Shown here: piece after piece, positions 20,573 to 29,605 of the stretch
Layout of the letters: each line of letters opens with the position of its first letter
Position numbering within the stretch: the stretch's first letter is position 1
DNA from: an uncultured Acidobacteriota bacterium
GTDB taxonomy: Bacteria; Acidobacteriota; Vicinamibacteria; Vicinamibacterales; SCN-69-37
Length of the DNA: 64,000 nt
Assembly (NCBI GenBank): GCA_963764505.1
Contig: CAVXSP010000001.1
Coordinates: forward strand, 2,164,614 to 2,228,613
Direction: 5' to 3'
Made by a program: the position numbers and the translations under genes
The notes under the pieces: generated by a model
Database searches by the model: none
Told to the model about the DNA's origin: nothing
Seen by the model: only the letters and a program-made list of their open reading frames with translations

Positions 20573-21760
20573 TTACCGAACCAATGAGCGAAAGGTGATG
20601 AACGACACGCCGGGGCCGACGCTCGGGCCCGGGCTTGATGTCGCCCGGCCGAGCCGATGATCACCGCGTTGATGATCAGGTCTGCCAGCACCGTCGAGTA
20701 GCCGGTGATGAAGAACGACAGGATGTTCGTGATGGTGATGGCTGCCCTGCCCGGTGGCGCTGCCGCGCAATCGGCCTCGAGCGGATCGCAGATCGCCGCC
20801 TGGACGATGCGCGGACTCATCGTGCCGCCGTACGGGCATTCAGAGGCGTAAGACGGACACGCGCACGTGCCCGAGGCAGCGCAGCCGCCGGTCACGGTGT
20901 TGGTCCCGGCATCGTAGCGGACGCCTGTGGGATTGGAGATCGCATCGTAGTCGGGATCCCAATCGAAGAGCGAGTCGATCCCCTGTTTCTCGGGGCCCAA
21001 CGTATTGCCCGGCTTGGTCCCGATCGTCTGTCCGATCACGAAGTCCATGCCGCTCGCGCAATGTTCGATCGCATCCCGAATTGCCGGCACCGCCGCTGCC
21101 GACATCCAACTGTCCGTAGGACGGACGGGGCCGCTGTTCTTGTGGAACTGCGACGCTCGTGCCGATGTCGTCCGGAATCTTGTAGCCGGGGAACTGCGTA
21201 AGTATCCGGGTGGCGAATCGCACTTGTCGTTGCCGTTGACGTCGATGTACTTGTCCTCGAATGAACCACGGCCGCATGCAGCCGCTGCTGTTCGCGTCGA
21301 GCACCTGGGCCGTCGCCGTCGCCCTGATTCGCTGAGACGTGACGCCGAACAACTGGGCGAAGAAGGAAGGCAGCGTCGCGCTGCCGTTCGTCCCGTCGCG
21401 GTACGCGTCGACCTGGATGCAGCGGATGTTGTTGGGTGCGGTCATCCACGGCGGGCACACCGAAGTGACGACGACGCCGGGTGCGGCGCCCAGGATCGGG
21501 TTCGATCGGGCCGCCGTGGTCGCCGTCCGCACCACGATCCCGCCCGAGGGCGCGGGCCAGGTGCTGTCGTCGAGCGCGAGCGCCGTGGCGCCCGCTAGCG
21601 CGCCTGCATCGGCCGCGTTCTGGGCGAGCCCGCGGCCGACCCACACCACTCCGTAGTCGAGCACGAACGCGTTGAACGCCGTCAGCATGAATGCGGCCAG
21701 CGCCACCTGAACCAGGATGGCGCCGTCGTCGTTCCGAAATCGTTTCAGCAGCTTGCGCAT
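20573..21760 (-). pseudogene. TadE/TadG-like (Flp-pilus assembly N-terminal domain) protein gene with multiple frameshifts
   Basis: Start MRKLLKRFRNDDGAILVQVALAAFMLTAFNAFVLDYGVVWV (Tad N-terminal motif). The reading frame must be switched several times (three ORFs: 20840..21844, 20473..21105, 20573..20839) to reach the ...GVSFITFRSLVR* end. Confidence 0.6.
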
Positions 21761-21940
21761 GTCCGTTCGCCTTTGTGACCACCCAGCCTGAAAATTCAGG
21801 TTCCGCTTCGGGGGAGCCGGGAAACGGAGCATCCAACCTGCCACGCCTACGTAGATCCTGTCAAGAAAATGAGAGTGTCAAACTCATGACGTGTTATCGG
21901 CATGAACAGACGTCGCTTTAGGGAAAGGGCCTCGATCCGC

Positions 21941-21970
21941 GGAAAACCGGCCCGATCGACCGGGTTTTCC
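21941..21970. terminator. Hairpin downstream of the AI-2E transporter gene
   Basis: GGAAAACCGG cccgatcga CCGGGTTTTCC (one bulged G). The A/T tracts within the arms give a U-run on either strand. Confidence 0.5.
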
Positions 21971-21997
21971 ACAAATCGAGACCCGTCCCCCCGTCTG

Positions 21998-22981
21998 TCA
22001 GCCGAGATACCGGTTCTTGAGCTCGGCTACGAGCACGGCGGTCGGCACCGAGAAGGCCATGCCGACGATGCCGGCCACTTCGTCGCCGATGACGAGGGCG
22101 AGGACTACGGCTACGGCCGGAATCCCGACCGCCGCCGACATGATGCGCGGCTGTAGGAAGACGCCTTCGACGTTGTGGTAGACGAGATAGAAGATGACGA
22201 CGCCGACGAGCTTGCCCGGCGCGTCGATGGCGGCGATGAGGCCGGCGGCCACGAGCGTGAGGATGGGCCCGAGCACCGGGATGACGTTGATGACACCGGC
22301 AAAGACGCCAAGCGCCGTGAAGTAGGGCAGCCCGATCAGCCAGAACGTCACGAACGCCGACCCGCCGTGGATCAGCATGAGCAGCCCCTGGCCGGCGACC
22401 CAGTGCTGAGTGCGCCGGGCGCCGTGCTGGAGCGCTTCGCCGAGTCTGGCGCGCTGCGCCTCGGGGGCGAGGGAAAGCGTCCAGGCGAAGGCGCGCGGAC
22501 CCTGGGCGAGCAGATACACGCCAATCAGCAGCGTCGTGAGGATGTCGAGCACGCTCGCCCCGATCGTCAACATCGTGGATCGTCCCACCGTGCCCTGAAA
22601 CGTCCGCCTGAGCGAGTCCGGCGTCACGGACGCTGTGAACGGCACGCGGCGGTGAATCCAGTCGAACAGGCGCTCTGAGTGGGAAGGCCAGTTGCCGGCG
22701 AACCGCGTCGCGTCGCTGACGACGGGCGGAACGACGACCGTGCCAATCAGCACGAGGATGCCGATGACGCACAGCGAGACGATCGCCGTCGCGGCGGCGC
22801 GGCCGGGCTGCCAGCGCCCCAACCTGAGGCGGCGCACCGTCCGCACCCCAGGCTCGAAGAGGATCGCCAGCAGCGTCGCGATGTAGATGATCAGCAGCGC
22901 GTGCCGCAGCTCGTAGAGCGTGTACAGGATCAGGACGACGAGGACCGCGGAGAACACGATCCTTGCCGTCGACGAGCGCAT
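21998..22981 (-). CDS. AI-2E family transporter (PerM/UPF0118)
   Basis: 327 aa polytopic membrane protein. The pattern YELRHALLIIYIATLLAILFEP ... NVIPVLGP ... is typical of the family. Confidence 0.75.
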   Translation of the reverse strand: MRSSTARIVFSAVLVVLILYTLYELRHALLIIYIATLLAILFEPGVRTVRRLRLGRWQPGRAAATAIVSLCVIGILVLIGTVVVPPVVSDATRFAGNWPSHSERLFDWIHRRVPFTASVTPDSLRRTFQGTVGRSTMLTIGASVLDILTTLLIGVYLLAQGPRAFAWTLSLAPEAQRARLGEALQHGARRTQHWVAGQGLLMLIHGGSAFVTFWLIGLPYFTALGVFAGVINVIPVLGPILTLVAAGLIAAIDAPGKLVGVVIFYLVYHNVEGVFLQPRIMSAAVGIPAVAVVLALVIGDEVAGIVGMAFSVPTAVLVAELKNRYLG

Positions 22982-23077
22982 CGGTTCACGGTAGCACCGC
23001 CGCCGGTGCGGCGCCCTCAGGCGATTGCTCGACCCGGTCCCTCCAGATACTGGACCGCGCTGCCGAGCAGGCCGAGT

Positions 23078-23647
23078 CTACCGGCCGAGCAGCTCCTGGT
23101 CCTTCTTCTTCTGGATGTCGTCGATCATCGTGACGTGCTTGTCGGTGATCCGCTGCACCTCGTCGAGCGCCCGCCGCTCGTCGTCTTCGGAGATCTTGTG
23201 CTCCTTGAGCAGCTTCTTGAGGCGGTCGTTCGCGTCGCGGCGCACCTGGCGCACCGCGTTGCGCGATTCCTCGGCGTACTTGTGCACGAGCCGCGACATC
23301 TCGCGCCGGCGCTCTTCGGTGAGCGGCGGAATGGGCACGCGCAGCAGTTTGCCGTCCGATGCGGGATTGAGCCCCAGATTGGCCTTGAGGATCGCCTTCT
23401 CGATCGTCGACATCAGCGACGGGTCGAACGGCTGCACGGCGATGACCGTCGGCTCGGGCACCGACATCGTGGCGACCTGATTGAGCGGCATCAGCGCTCC
23501 GTAGGCCTCGACCTGGACGGGGTCGAGGATCGAGACCGATGCACGGCCGGAGCGCAGACCAGAGAGCTCCTTGCGAACGTGCTCGATCGCGCTGTCCATG
23601 CGCTTCTGGACTTCGACGTTCAAGCCTTTCAGGTCGTTCACATCCAT
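23078..23647 (-). CDS. frr: Ribosome recycling factor
   Basis: 189 aa. LSGLRSGRASVSILDPVQVEAYG ... LGLNPASDGKLLRVPIPPLTEERRRE ... ISEDDERR. Confidence 0.95.
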   Translation of the reverse strand: MDVNDLKGLNVEVQKRMDSAIEHVRKELSGLRSGRASVSILDPVQVEAYGALMPLNQVATMSVPEPTVIAVQPFDPSLMSTIEKAILKANLGLNPASDGKLLRVPIPPLTEERRREMSRLVHKYAEESRNAVRQVRRDANDRLKKLLKEHKISEDDERRALDEVQRITDKHVTMIDDIQKKKDQELLGR

Positions 23648-23696
23648 GGGTTTCTACCGGCTTTGGGCTTAGGGCTCTGGGCTCTGGGCTCTGGCC

Positions 23697-24416
23697 TCAT
23701 GCCGACACCGTCGTCCCCACCGGCTCGCCGCAGACGACGCGCCGGAGGTTGCCGGGTTCGCGCAGATTGTAGACGACGATCGGCAGCTTGTTGTCCATGC
23801 AGAGCGAGATCGCCGTCGCGTCCATCACCTTGAGGCCGCGCTCGAGCACCTGCAGGTACGAGATCGTCGCGTAGCGTTCGGCGGACTTGTCGACGAACGG
23901 GTCGGCCGAGTACACGCCGTCGACCTTCGTGCCCTTCAGGATGACGTCGGCGCGCATCTCCATCGCGCGGAGGGCCGCCGCCGTGTCGGTGGTGAAGTAG
24001 GGGTTGCCGGTGCCCGCGGCGAAGATGACGACGCGGCCCTTCTCGAGGTGGCGGATCGCGCGGCGGCGGATGAACGGCTCGGCGACTGCCCGCATCTCGA
24101 TGGCCGTCGCGACGCGCGTAGGAATGCGCAGCTTCTCGAGGGCGTCCTGCAGGGCGAGCGCGTTGATGACCGTCGCCAGCATCCCCATGTAGTCGGCGGT
24201 CGAGCGATCCATCCCTTTGGCGCTCGCCGCCAGGCCGCGGAACAGGTTGCCCCCGCCGATGACGACGCCGGTCTCGACGCCGAGCTGCTGAATCTCGCCG
24301 ATCTCGCGGGCCAGTTGCGTGGCGACGGCGGGATCGATCCCGAACGCCTGCTCGCCCATGAGGGCTTCGCCCGAGAGCTTCAGGAGGATGCGCGAGTAGG
24401 CAGGCTTCGACGGCAC
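23697..24416 (-). CDS. pyrH: UMP kinase
   Basis: [35 protein letters not shown]-type motifs ([11 protein letters not shown]). Confidence 0.95.
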   Translation of the reverse strand: MPSKPAYSRILLKLSGEALMGEQAFGIDPAVATQLAREIGEIQQLGVETGVVIGGGNLFRGLAASAKGMDRSTADYMGMLATVINALALQDALEKLRIPTRVATAIEMRAVAEPFIRRRAIRHLEKGRVVIFAAGTGNPYFTTDTAAALRAMEMRADVILKGTKVDGVYSADPFVDKSAERYATISYLQVLERGLKVMDATAISLCMDNKLPIVVYNLREPGNLRRVVCGEPVGTTVSA

Positions 24417-24434
24417 GAGGCTCGATTATAGACG

Positions 24435-25037
24435 CTACGCGCGATCGCCGACCTTGAAGCGCACGAAGCGCGCGACCCCGATGTTCTCGCCGAGCTTGGC
24501 GATGGTCGCCTGCACGAGCTGGGCGACCGTGGCCTTCGGGTCGCGAATGGACGGCTGGTCGAGCAGCACCACCTGCTCGTAGAAGCTGCCCAGTTTGCCT
24601 TCGATGATCTTGTCGATGACGTTCGCCGGCTTGCCGGACCCCTCCATCTGCGCGCGGTAGATGCCGCGCTCGCGCTCGAGCACGTCGGCGGGGACGTCCT
24701 CGCGCCGCACGTACTGGGGATTGGCCGCCGCCACCTGCAGGGCGACTTCCTTGACGAGCGTCTGGAACTCGTCGGTGCGCGCGACGAAGTCCGACTCGCA
24801 GTTGAGCTCGACCAGCACGCCGATCTTGCCGCCCGGGTGGATGTACGCGCCGATCAGGCCCTCGCTGGTGGAGCGCCCGGACTTCTTCGCCGCCTGCGCC
24901 AGCCCGCGCTTCCGGAGAATCGTGTTCGCGTCCTCGAGGCTGCCGTTGGCTTGCTGCAGCGCGGCCTTGCACTCCATCATGCCGGCGCCGGTCTGATCGC
25001 GCAGTTGTTTGACCAGTTGTGCGGAGATTTCAGTCAT
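24435..25037 (-). CDS. tsf: Elongation factor Ts (short form)
   Basis: ISAQLVKQLRDQTGAGMMECKAAL N-terminal UBA-like motif. 200 aa. Confidence 0.9.
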   Translation of the reverse strand: MTEISAQLVKQLRDQTGAGMMECKAALQQANGSLEDANTILRKRGLAQAAKKSGRSTSEGLIGAYIHPGGKIGVLVELNCESDFVARTDEFQTLVKEVALQVAAANPQYVRREDVPADVLERERGIYRAQMEGSGKPANVIDKIIEGKLGSFYEQVVLLDQPSIRDPKATVAQLVQATIAKLGENIGVARFVRFKVGDRA

Positions 25038-25128
25038 GGAAGATTCCTACTGAGCCCGAAGCCAGGCAGGACTCCGGCGTCCTGGGCCTCGCCCGGCCTG
25101 GCTGGTCCGCGAGCTCTGGCTGTGAAGC

Positions 25129-25902
25129 CTAGACGGATGCGGGCGTCGTCGCTCGCGATTCGGCCTGCGCCGCCTGGCCGCGGGTGCCGGAAGCCTCGGG
25201 CGCGGTCGCGGCGGCTTCGGCCAGGCCTCGTCCGGCCAGCACGGCGTCGGCGATTCCGGCCGCGAACAGCCGGATCGACCGCAGCGCGTCGTCGTTGCCG
25301 GGAATCACGTAGTCGACCTCGTCCGGGTCGCAATTGGTGTCCACGACGCCGATCACCGGGATCTTGAGCTTGCGCGCCTCGTCGACCGCAATCTGCTCGT
25401 GCCGCGTGTCGACGACGAAGACGGCGTCGGGCAGGCGGTTCATGCCGCGGATGCCGTCGAGGTTCTTCGCCAGCTTGCGGCGCTCTTTGTCGAAGCGGGC
25501 GATCTCTTTCTTGGAGAGCGTGTCGTAGCGCCCGTCGGTGGCCATCGCCTCGATCTCGCGCAGCCGCGCGAGGCTCCGCTGGATGGTGGTGAAGTTGGTC
25601 AGGAGGCCGCCCAGCCAGCGCTGGTTCACGAAGAACATCCCGCAGCGCTGCGCCTCTTCCGCAATCGCGTCCTGAGCCTGCCGCTTGGTGCCGACGAAGA
25701 GCAGCGTGCCGCCACGGGCCGCGACATCGGTGGCGAAGTCCGCCGCCTGCTGGTACAGCCTGGCCGTCCGGCCGAGGTCGATGATGTAGATCCCGTTCCG
25801 TTCGCCGAAGATGAACGGCTTCATCTTCGGATTCCATCGCTTCGTCTGGTGGCCGAAGTGAACCCCGGCCTCCAATAGATCCTTCATCGCGATCGCACTC
25901 AA
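25129..25902 (-). CDS. rpsB: 30S ribosomal protein S2
   Basis: [22 protein letters not shown]. The start is either TTG at 25902 (AGGAG 11 nt upstream) or ATG at 25887. Confidence 0.93.
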   Translation of the reverse strand: MSAIAMKDLLEAGVHFGHQTKRWNPKMKPFIFGERNGIYIIDLGRTARLYQQAADFATDVAARGGTLLFVGTKRQAQDAIAEEAQRCGMFFVNQRWLGGLLTNFTTIQRSLARLREIEAMATDGRYDTLSKKEIARFDKERRKLAKNLDGIRGMNRLPDAVFVVDTRHEQIAVDEARKLKIPVIGVVDTNCDPDEVDYVIPGNDDALRSIRLFAAGIADAVLAGRGLAEAAATAPEASGTRGQAAQAESRATTPASV

Positions 25903-25922
25903 GCTCGACCTGACTCCTGTCT

Positions 25923-25948
25923 AACCTCGAAGTTCGAACTTCGAGGTT
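25923..25948. promoter_or_regulatory. 26-nt perfect palindrome in the rpsI-rpsB spacer (terminator or rpsB leader element)
   Basis: AACCTCGAAGTTCGAACTTCGAGGTT is a perfect inverted repeat. It lies between the rpsI stop (25963) and the rpsB start. Confidence 0.5.
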
Positions 25949-25962
25949 CGAAGTTTCATTGA

Positions 25963-26355
25963 CTAGCGCTTGCTGAACTGGAAGCGCTTCCGTGCTCCGG
26001 CCATGCCGTATTTCTTGCGCTCCTTGGCGCGCGGGTCGCGCGTCATCAGCCCCGCCTTGCGGAGCGGCGTGCGCAGCTCCCCGTCGTACTCGACCAGCGC
26101 GCGCGCGATACCCAGCCGCAGCGCCCCTGCCTGTCCCGCCACACCGCCGCCCACCGTCGTCGCCAGCACGTCGAAGCGCTCGAGCGTCTCGGTGAGGACG
26201 AGCGGCTGTCGGATCACGAGCTGGAGGATTGGCGTGGGGAAGCTCTTTTCGAGCGGGTGCTTGTTGATGGTGATGGTGCCCGTGCCGGGCCGGAGGAAGA
26301 CGCGGGCCGTCGACGTCTTGCGCCGGCCCGTCCCGTAATACTGGATCGTTGCCAA
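25963..26355 (-). CDS. rpsI: 30S ribosomal protein S9
   Basis: 130 aa. [16 protein letters not shown] ... [19 protein letters not shown]. Confidence 0.95.
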   Translation of the reverse strand: MATIQYYGTGRRKTSTARVFLRPGTGTITINKHPLEKSFPTPILQLVIRQPLVLTETLERFDVLATTVGGGVAGQAGALRLGIARALVEYDGELRTPLRKAGLMTRDPRAKERKKYGMAGARKRFQFSKR

Positions 26356-26357
26356 AG

Positions 26358-26789
26358 TTATGCGACCTCGAGACTGTGGGGCTGCTGCGCGGCGTGGGGA
26401 TGGTCGGCGCCGGCGTACACCTTCAACTTCCGGTACATCGCCTTCCCCAGCTTCGTCTTGGGCAGCATGCCGGAGACGGCCTCTTCGACCAGCCGCACGG
26501 GATGCTTCTGGCGCACGACGCTCGCGCGCTCCTCACGAAGGCCGCCCTCGTAGCCGCTGTGCGAGCGGTAGATCTTCTGCTCGTTCTTGTTCCCGGTCAG
26601 CTTCACCTGCGCCGCATTGACGACGATCACGAAGTCGCCGGAATCGAGAAAGGGTGCCCACGTCGGCTTGTGCTTGCCCTGCAACAGACGCGCGGCCGCG
26701 CTCGCCACACGGCCGAGCACCCGGTCCTTCGCATCGATGACGTGCCACCGCCTCGTGAGCTTTGGCGCTGAGGGCGTGAACGTGCCCAT
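26358..26789 (-). CDS. rplM: 50S ribosomal protein L13
   Basis: [30 protein letters not shown] ... 143 aa. Confidence 0.95.
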   Translation of the reverse strand: MGTFTPSAPKLTRRWHVIDAKDRVLGRVASAAARLLQGKHKPTWAPFLDSGDFVIVVNAAQVKLTGNKNEQKIYRSHSGYEGGLREERASVVRQKHPVRLVEEAVSGMLPKTKLGKAMYRKLKVYAGADHPHAAQQPHSLEVA

Positions 26790-26926
26790 GCCTACCTTTC
26801 AGCCGGATCAACAGAACGGCAAACCTAGATGATAGGGGTGGTGTGCAGAATTGTCAATCATCCGCGCACCGCGCGGCGATGTGCACGGGGCCGCCGCTGG
26901 CATCACCCTTGCCCTCGAGCCCCCGC

Positions 26927-27988
26927 GTGAAACTCCCGGTCGTCATCGTCAGGCGGTCACGTCCCATTGGACTCGACATCGGCTCCAGCCGGGTCAGAGC
27001 CGTCGCGCTGCAGCGCACCTGGTCCGGCTGGATCCTCGTGGCCGCGGCGGCGCGAGCGCTTCCGCTCGACGCCTCGCCCGATGCCGCCGACTCGCATGCA
27101 GCCGACCTCGTCCTGGCGATCCGCGAGGTCCTCGACGCGCTGCGGGTCCAGCGGCAGGCTGTCGTGGCGGCCCTCTCCGGACACGTCTTCGTCAAGCGGC
27201 TGTCGCTGCCGTCCATGAGTGCGCGCGAGCTCGCCGCCGCCATGCCCTGGCAGGCGCAGGAGCACGTGCCGTTCGATCTGGCGGAGGTGCGAATCGACTA
27301 CGTGGTCCTCGAGCCGGATGCGGGCGCGATCGCGTCCACGGTCGACGTGCTCCTCGTCGCCGCCCGCCGCGACCGGGTCGCAGAGCGAACCGCGCTCGTC
27401 GAGGAGACGGGACGATCCGTGGCGGCGATCGACGTCGAAGCGTTTGCGCTCGTCAACGCGTATCGCATGAACTACCCCGAGCGCGCGGATCCGCTCGCGG
27501 CGCTCGTCCACATCGGCCGCAGCGCGACGATCGTCTGCCTGATGGCCGGCAGCCAGCTCGTCTTCACGCGCGCGATCTCGATCGGCAGCCGGCTGTACAC
27601 CGACGCACTCGAGCGCGACCTCGCCCTGGACGCGACCGCCGCCGAGCGCGCGATCCAAGGCGACCTCCCGGAGGGCGTGCGAGACGACGACGTGACCGCG
27701 CGGGTCCGGCAGGTCAGCCGCCAACTCGTGCTCGAGATCCGCAGGACGACCGACCGGCACCCGGCCGGGCCCGAAGGCGGTGTGCGCAGGATCGTGCTGT
27801 CCGGAGGCGCCTGGGCCTCGGAAGGGCTGGCCGACGCGCTGTCGGGCGAGTTCGGCGCGCCGGTCGACGTGTTCGACCCTTTCAGGCGTCTCTCGCGGCC
27901 GGACCGGTTCGGGAATCTCCCGGCGGACGGTCCGGCCTACGCGGTCGCCGTCGGACTGGCGATGCGGCGCCGGGGCGACCGCCGATGA
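26927..27988 (+). CDS. pilM: Type IV pilus assembly protein PilM
   Basis: IGLDIGSSRVRAVAL actin-like ATPase N-terminus. GTG at 26927 gives a typical-length N-terminus. Upstream in-frame starts at 26843 (GTG) and 26879 (ATG) are possible. Confidence 0.8.
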   Translation: MKLPVVIVRRSRPIGLDIGSSRVRAVALQRTWSGWILVAAAARALPLDASPDAADSHAADLVLAIREVLDALRVQRQAVVAALSGHVFVKRLSLPSMSARELAAAMPWQAQEHVPFDLAEVRIDYVVLEPDAGAIASTVDVLLVAARRDRVAERTALVEETGRSVAAIDVEAFALVNAYRMNYPERADPLAALVHIGRSATIVCLMAGSQLVFTRAISIGSRLYTDALERDLALDATAAERAIQGDLPEGVRDDDVTARVRQVSRQLVLEIRRTTDRHPAGPEGGVRRIVLSGGAWASEGLADALSGEFGAPVDVFDPFRRLSRPDRFGNLPADGPAYAVAVGLAMRRRGDRR

Positions 27989-28590
27989 TTCGCATCGACC
28001 TGCTCCCGCCCCGGCAGCGGGAACGGCCGACGCTCGCAGCGTCGAGCCGTGGGCTCCGCGCGACGGCCGTCTCCCTGCTGCTGTGTGCCCTCGTCTTTGG
28101 GGGGCTGTGGTGGCGCACGCTCGACCACCGCCGCTCGGAGCTCGAGCGGCGCATCGCCCGCGACCAGCGCGAGCTCCTGCCGCTGCGGGACGCCGCCGCG
28201 CGTGCGGACCGGGCCGCCGTCAGCAACGCCGATCTCTCGAAAAGGCTCGGCGCAATCGACGGACTGCAAGCCGGCCGGCGCGCGGCTGTTCGACTCCTGA
28301 CCGTCCTCGGCCGCAGCCTGCCGGACGATGCCTGGTTGACCGACGTGAGCCAGCGTCACGACGAGACGCGAGTCAGCGGACGGGCCTTGTCGCTCGAGGC
28401 CGTCGGCGATTTCGCCCAACGTCTGCAGGCATCCGGGGCGTTCGAGCGACCACTCGAGATCGTCACGACGGCGCGGGAATCCGTCGGCGAGATGTCGCTG
28501 GTCCGGTTCGTCCTGCGCGCGGGGGCGTCCGCAGCGGGCGCTCCGCCCCAGCGCCGCGTCCCCGAGGCGCCCAGGCGCCGGGCGGACTGA
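27985..28590 (+). CDS. pilN: Type IV pilus assembly protein PilN
   Basis: MIRIDLLPPRQRE start, single TM, then coiled coil. ATGA overlap with the pilM stop. Confidence 0.8.
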   Translation: MIRIDLLPPRQRERPTLAASSRGLRATAVSLLLCALVFGGLWWRTLDHRRSELERRIARDQRELLPLRDAAARADRAAVSNADLSKRLGAIDGLQAGRRAAVRLLTVLGRSLPDDAWLTDVSQRHDETRVSGRALSLEAVGDFAQRLQASGAFERPLEIVTTARESVGEMSLVRFVLRAGASAAGAPPQRRVPEAPRRRAD

Positions 28591-28591
28591 C

Positions 28592-29605
28592 GTGACGCTG
28601 CGCCCGCTGGAGTTGTCCGGCCGCGCCCGTTGGGGCGCCCTCGCCGCGGCCAGCGCTCTACTCGTCACGCTGCTCTGGCAGGGAGCGCTGGCGCCGGCGC
28701 GTGCGCGGCTCGCGACCGGCGAGCGACAGGCCGCCGAGCTCGCGACGACGCTCGCGCGCGCGCGAGCTGGCGCCGCGCAGCTGCCGCAGCTCGAGCGGGA
28801 TGGCCGCGCCCTCCACGCATCCCTGCGCGAGGCCGGCACTCGCGCAGCAGGCGAGGACCATCCGGCGATCGTGCTGCAGCGGGTGCACGCGCTGGCGGCC
28901 GCATCGGACCTCGAGCTCACCGGGTTCACTCCGAAGCCCGGCGTCCGCCGGGATCTCTACGTGGAATGGCCGATCCAGCTCGAGCTCGAGGGCGGATATC
29001 ACGCATTGGGCAGATTCCTGGACGCACTGTCGTCGATGCCCGCGCCGATCTCGGTCGGAGACCTGCAGGTCAGGGCGAAGACGGGGAGCTCGAGCGTCAC
29101 CATCTCCGCATCGTGCACCGCGACCATATTCGTGCTCACGGGGGCGGCAGGCGCGCCACTCGGCGGCAGTTCGCGGCGCACCTCCGCAGTCGCGCCGGAA
29201 CGCCTGCCGATTGGCACCCCCGTCGGCAGCGCCATCGAGGTCGCGCCCATTGCGGCGGACGGGTATGACGCGGGCGGGCGGCGCGATCCGTTCGAGCCGT
29301 TGATCCCGAGGAAGCACCCGGGAGATCCGCCGGCGCGGCCCGGCGGGCGGGCGGCGGTCGCGCTCCGGGAGGTGGCGGTGGCGGACGTCGCCGTGACAGG
29401 GATCCTGCGCTCCGGATCCACGACCGTCGCCCTGCTCGAGGCGCCCGGCGGGAAGTCCTTCGTCGCGCACCGTGAGGACCGGCTCCGGGACGCGCGCGTG
29501 CAGGGCATCGAGCCGGACGCCGTGCTCTTCGCACAGGAGGCGACCGACGGCCGCCGCGCGATTCGCAAGCCGATCCGGGTTCCCGCGGCCGAGGTGGGGC
29601 GATGA
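28592..29605 (+). CDS. pilO: Fused PilO-PilP pilus assembly protein
   Basis: N-terminal ~190 aa are PilO-like (YVEWPIQLELEGGYHALGRFLDALSSMP). C-terminal ~115 aa are PilP-like (GRRDPFEPL ... VTGILRSGSTTVALLEAPGGKSFVAHREDRL). GTG start lies 1 nt after the pilN stop. Confidence 0.7.
   Translation: MTLRPLELSGRARWGALAAASALLVTLLWQGALAPARARLATGERQAAELATTLARARAGAAQLPQLERDGRALHASLREAGTRAAGEDHPAIVLQRVHALAAASDLELTGFTPKPGVRRDLYVEWPIQLELEGGYHALGRFLDALSSMPAPISVGDLQVRAKTGSSSVTISASCTATIFVLTGAAGAPLGGSSRRTSAVAPERLPIGTPVGSAIEVAPIAADGYDAGGRRDPFEPLIPRKHPGDPPARPGGRAAVALREVAVADVAVTGILRSGSTTVALLEAPGGKSFVAHREDRLRDARVQGIEPDAVLFAQEATDGRRAIRKPIRVPAAEVGR

Noticed and set aside
26851-28590. 579-aa ORF spanning pilM and pilN.
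   Set aside because: Only the last 606 nt (from the ATG at 27985, MIRIDLLP...) encode a PilN-like protein. The upstream part is an Arg-rich alternative frame of pilM.
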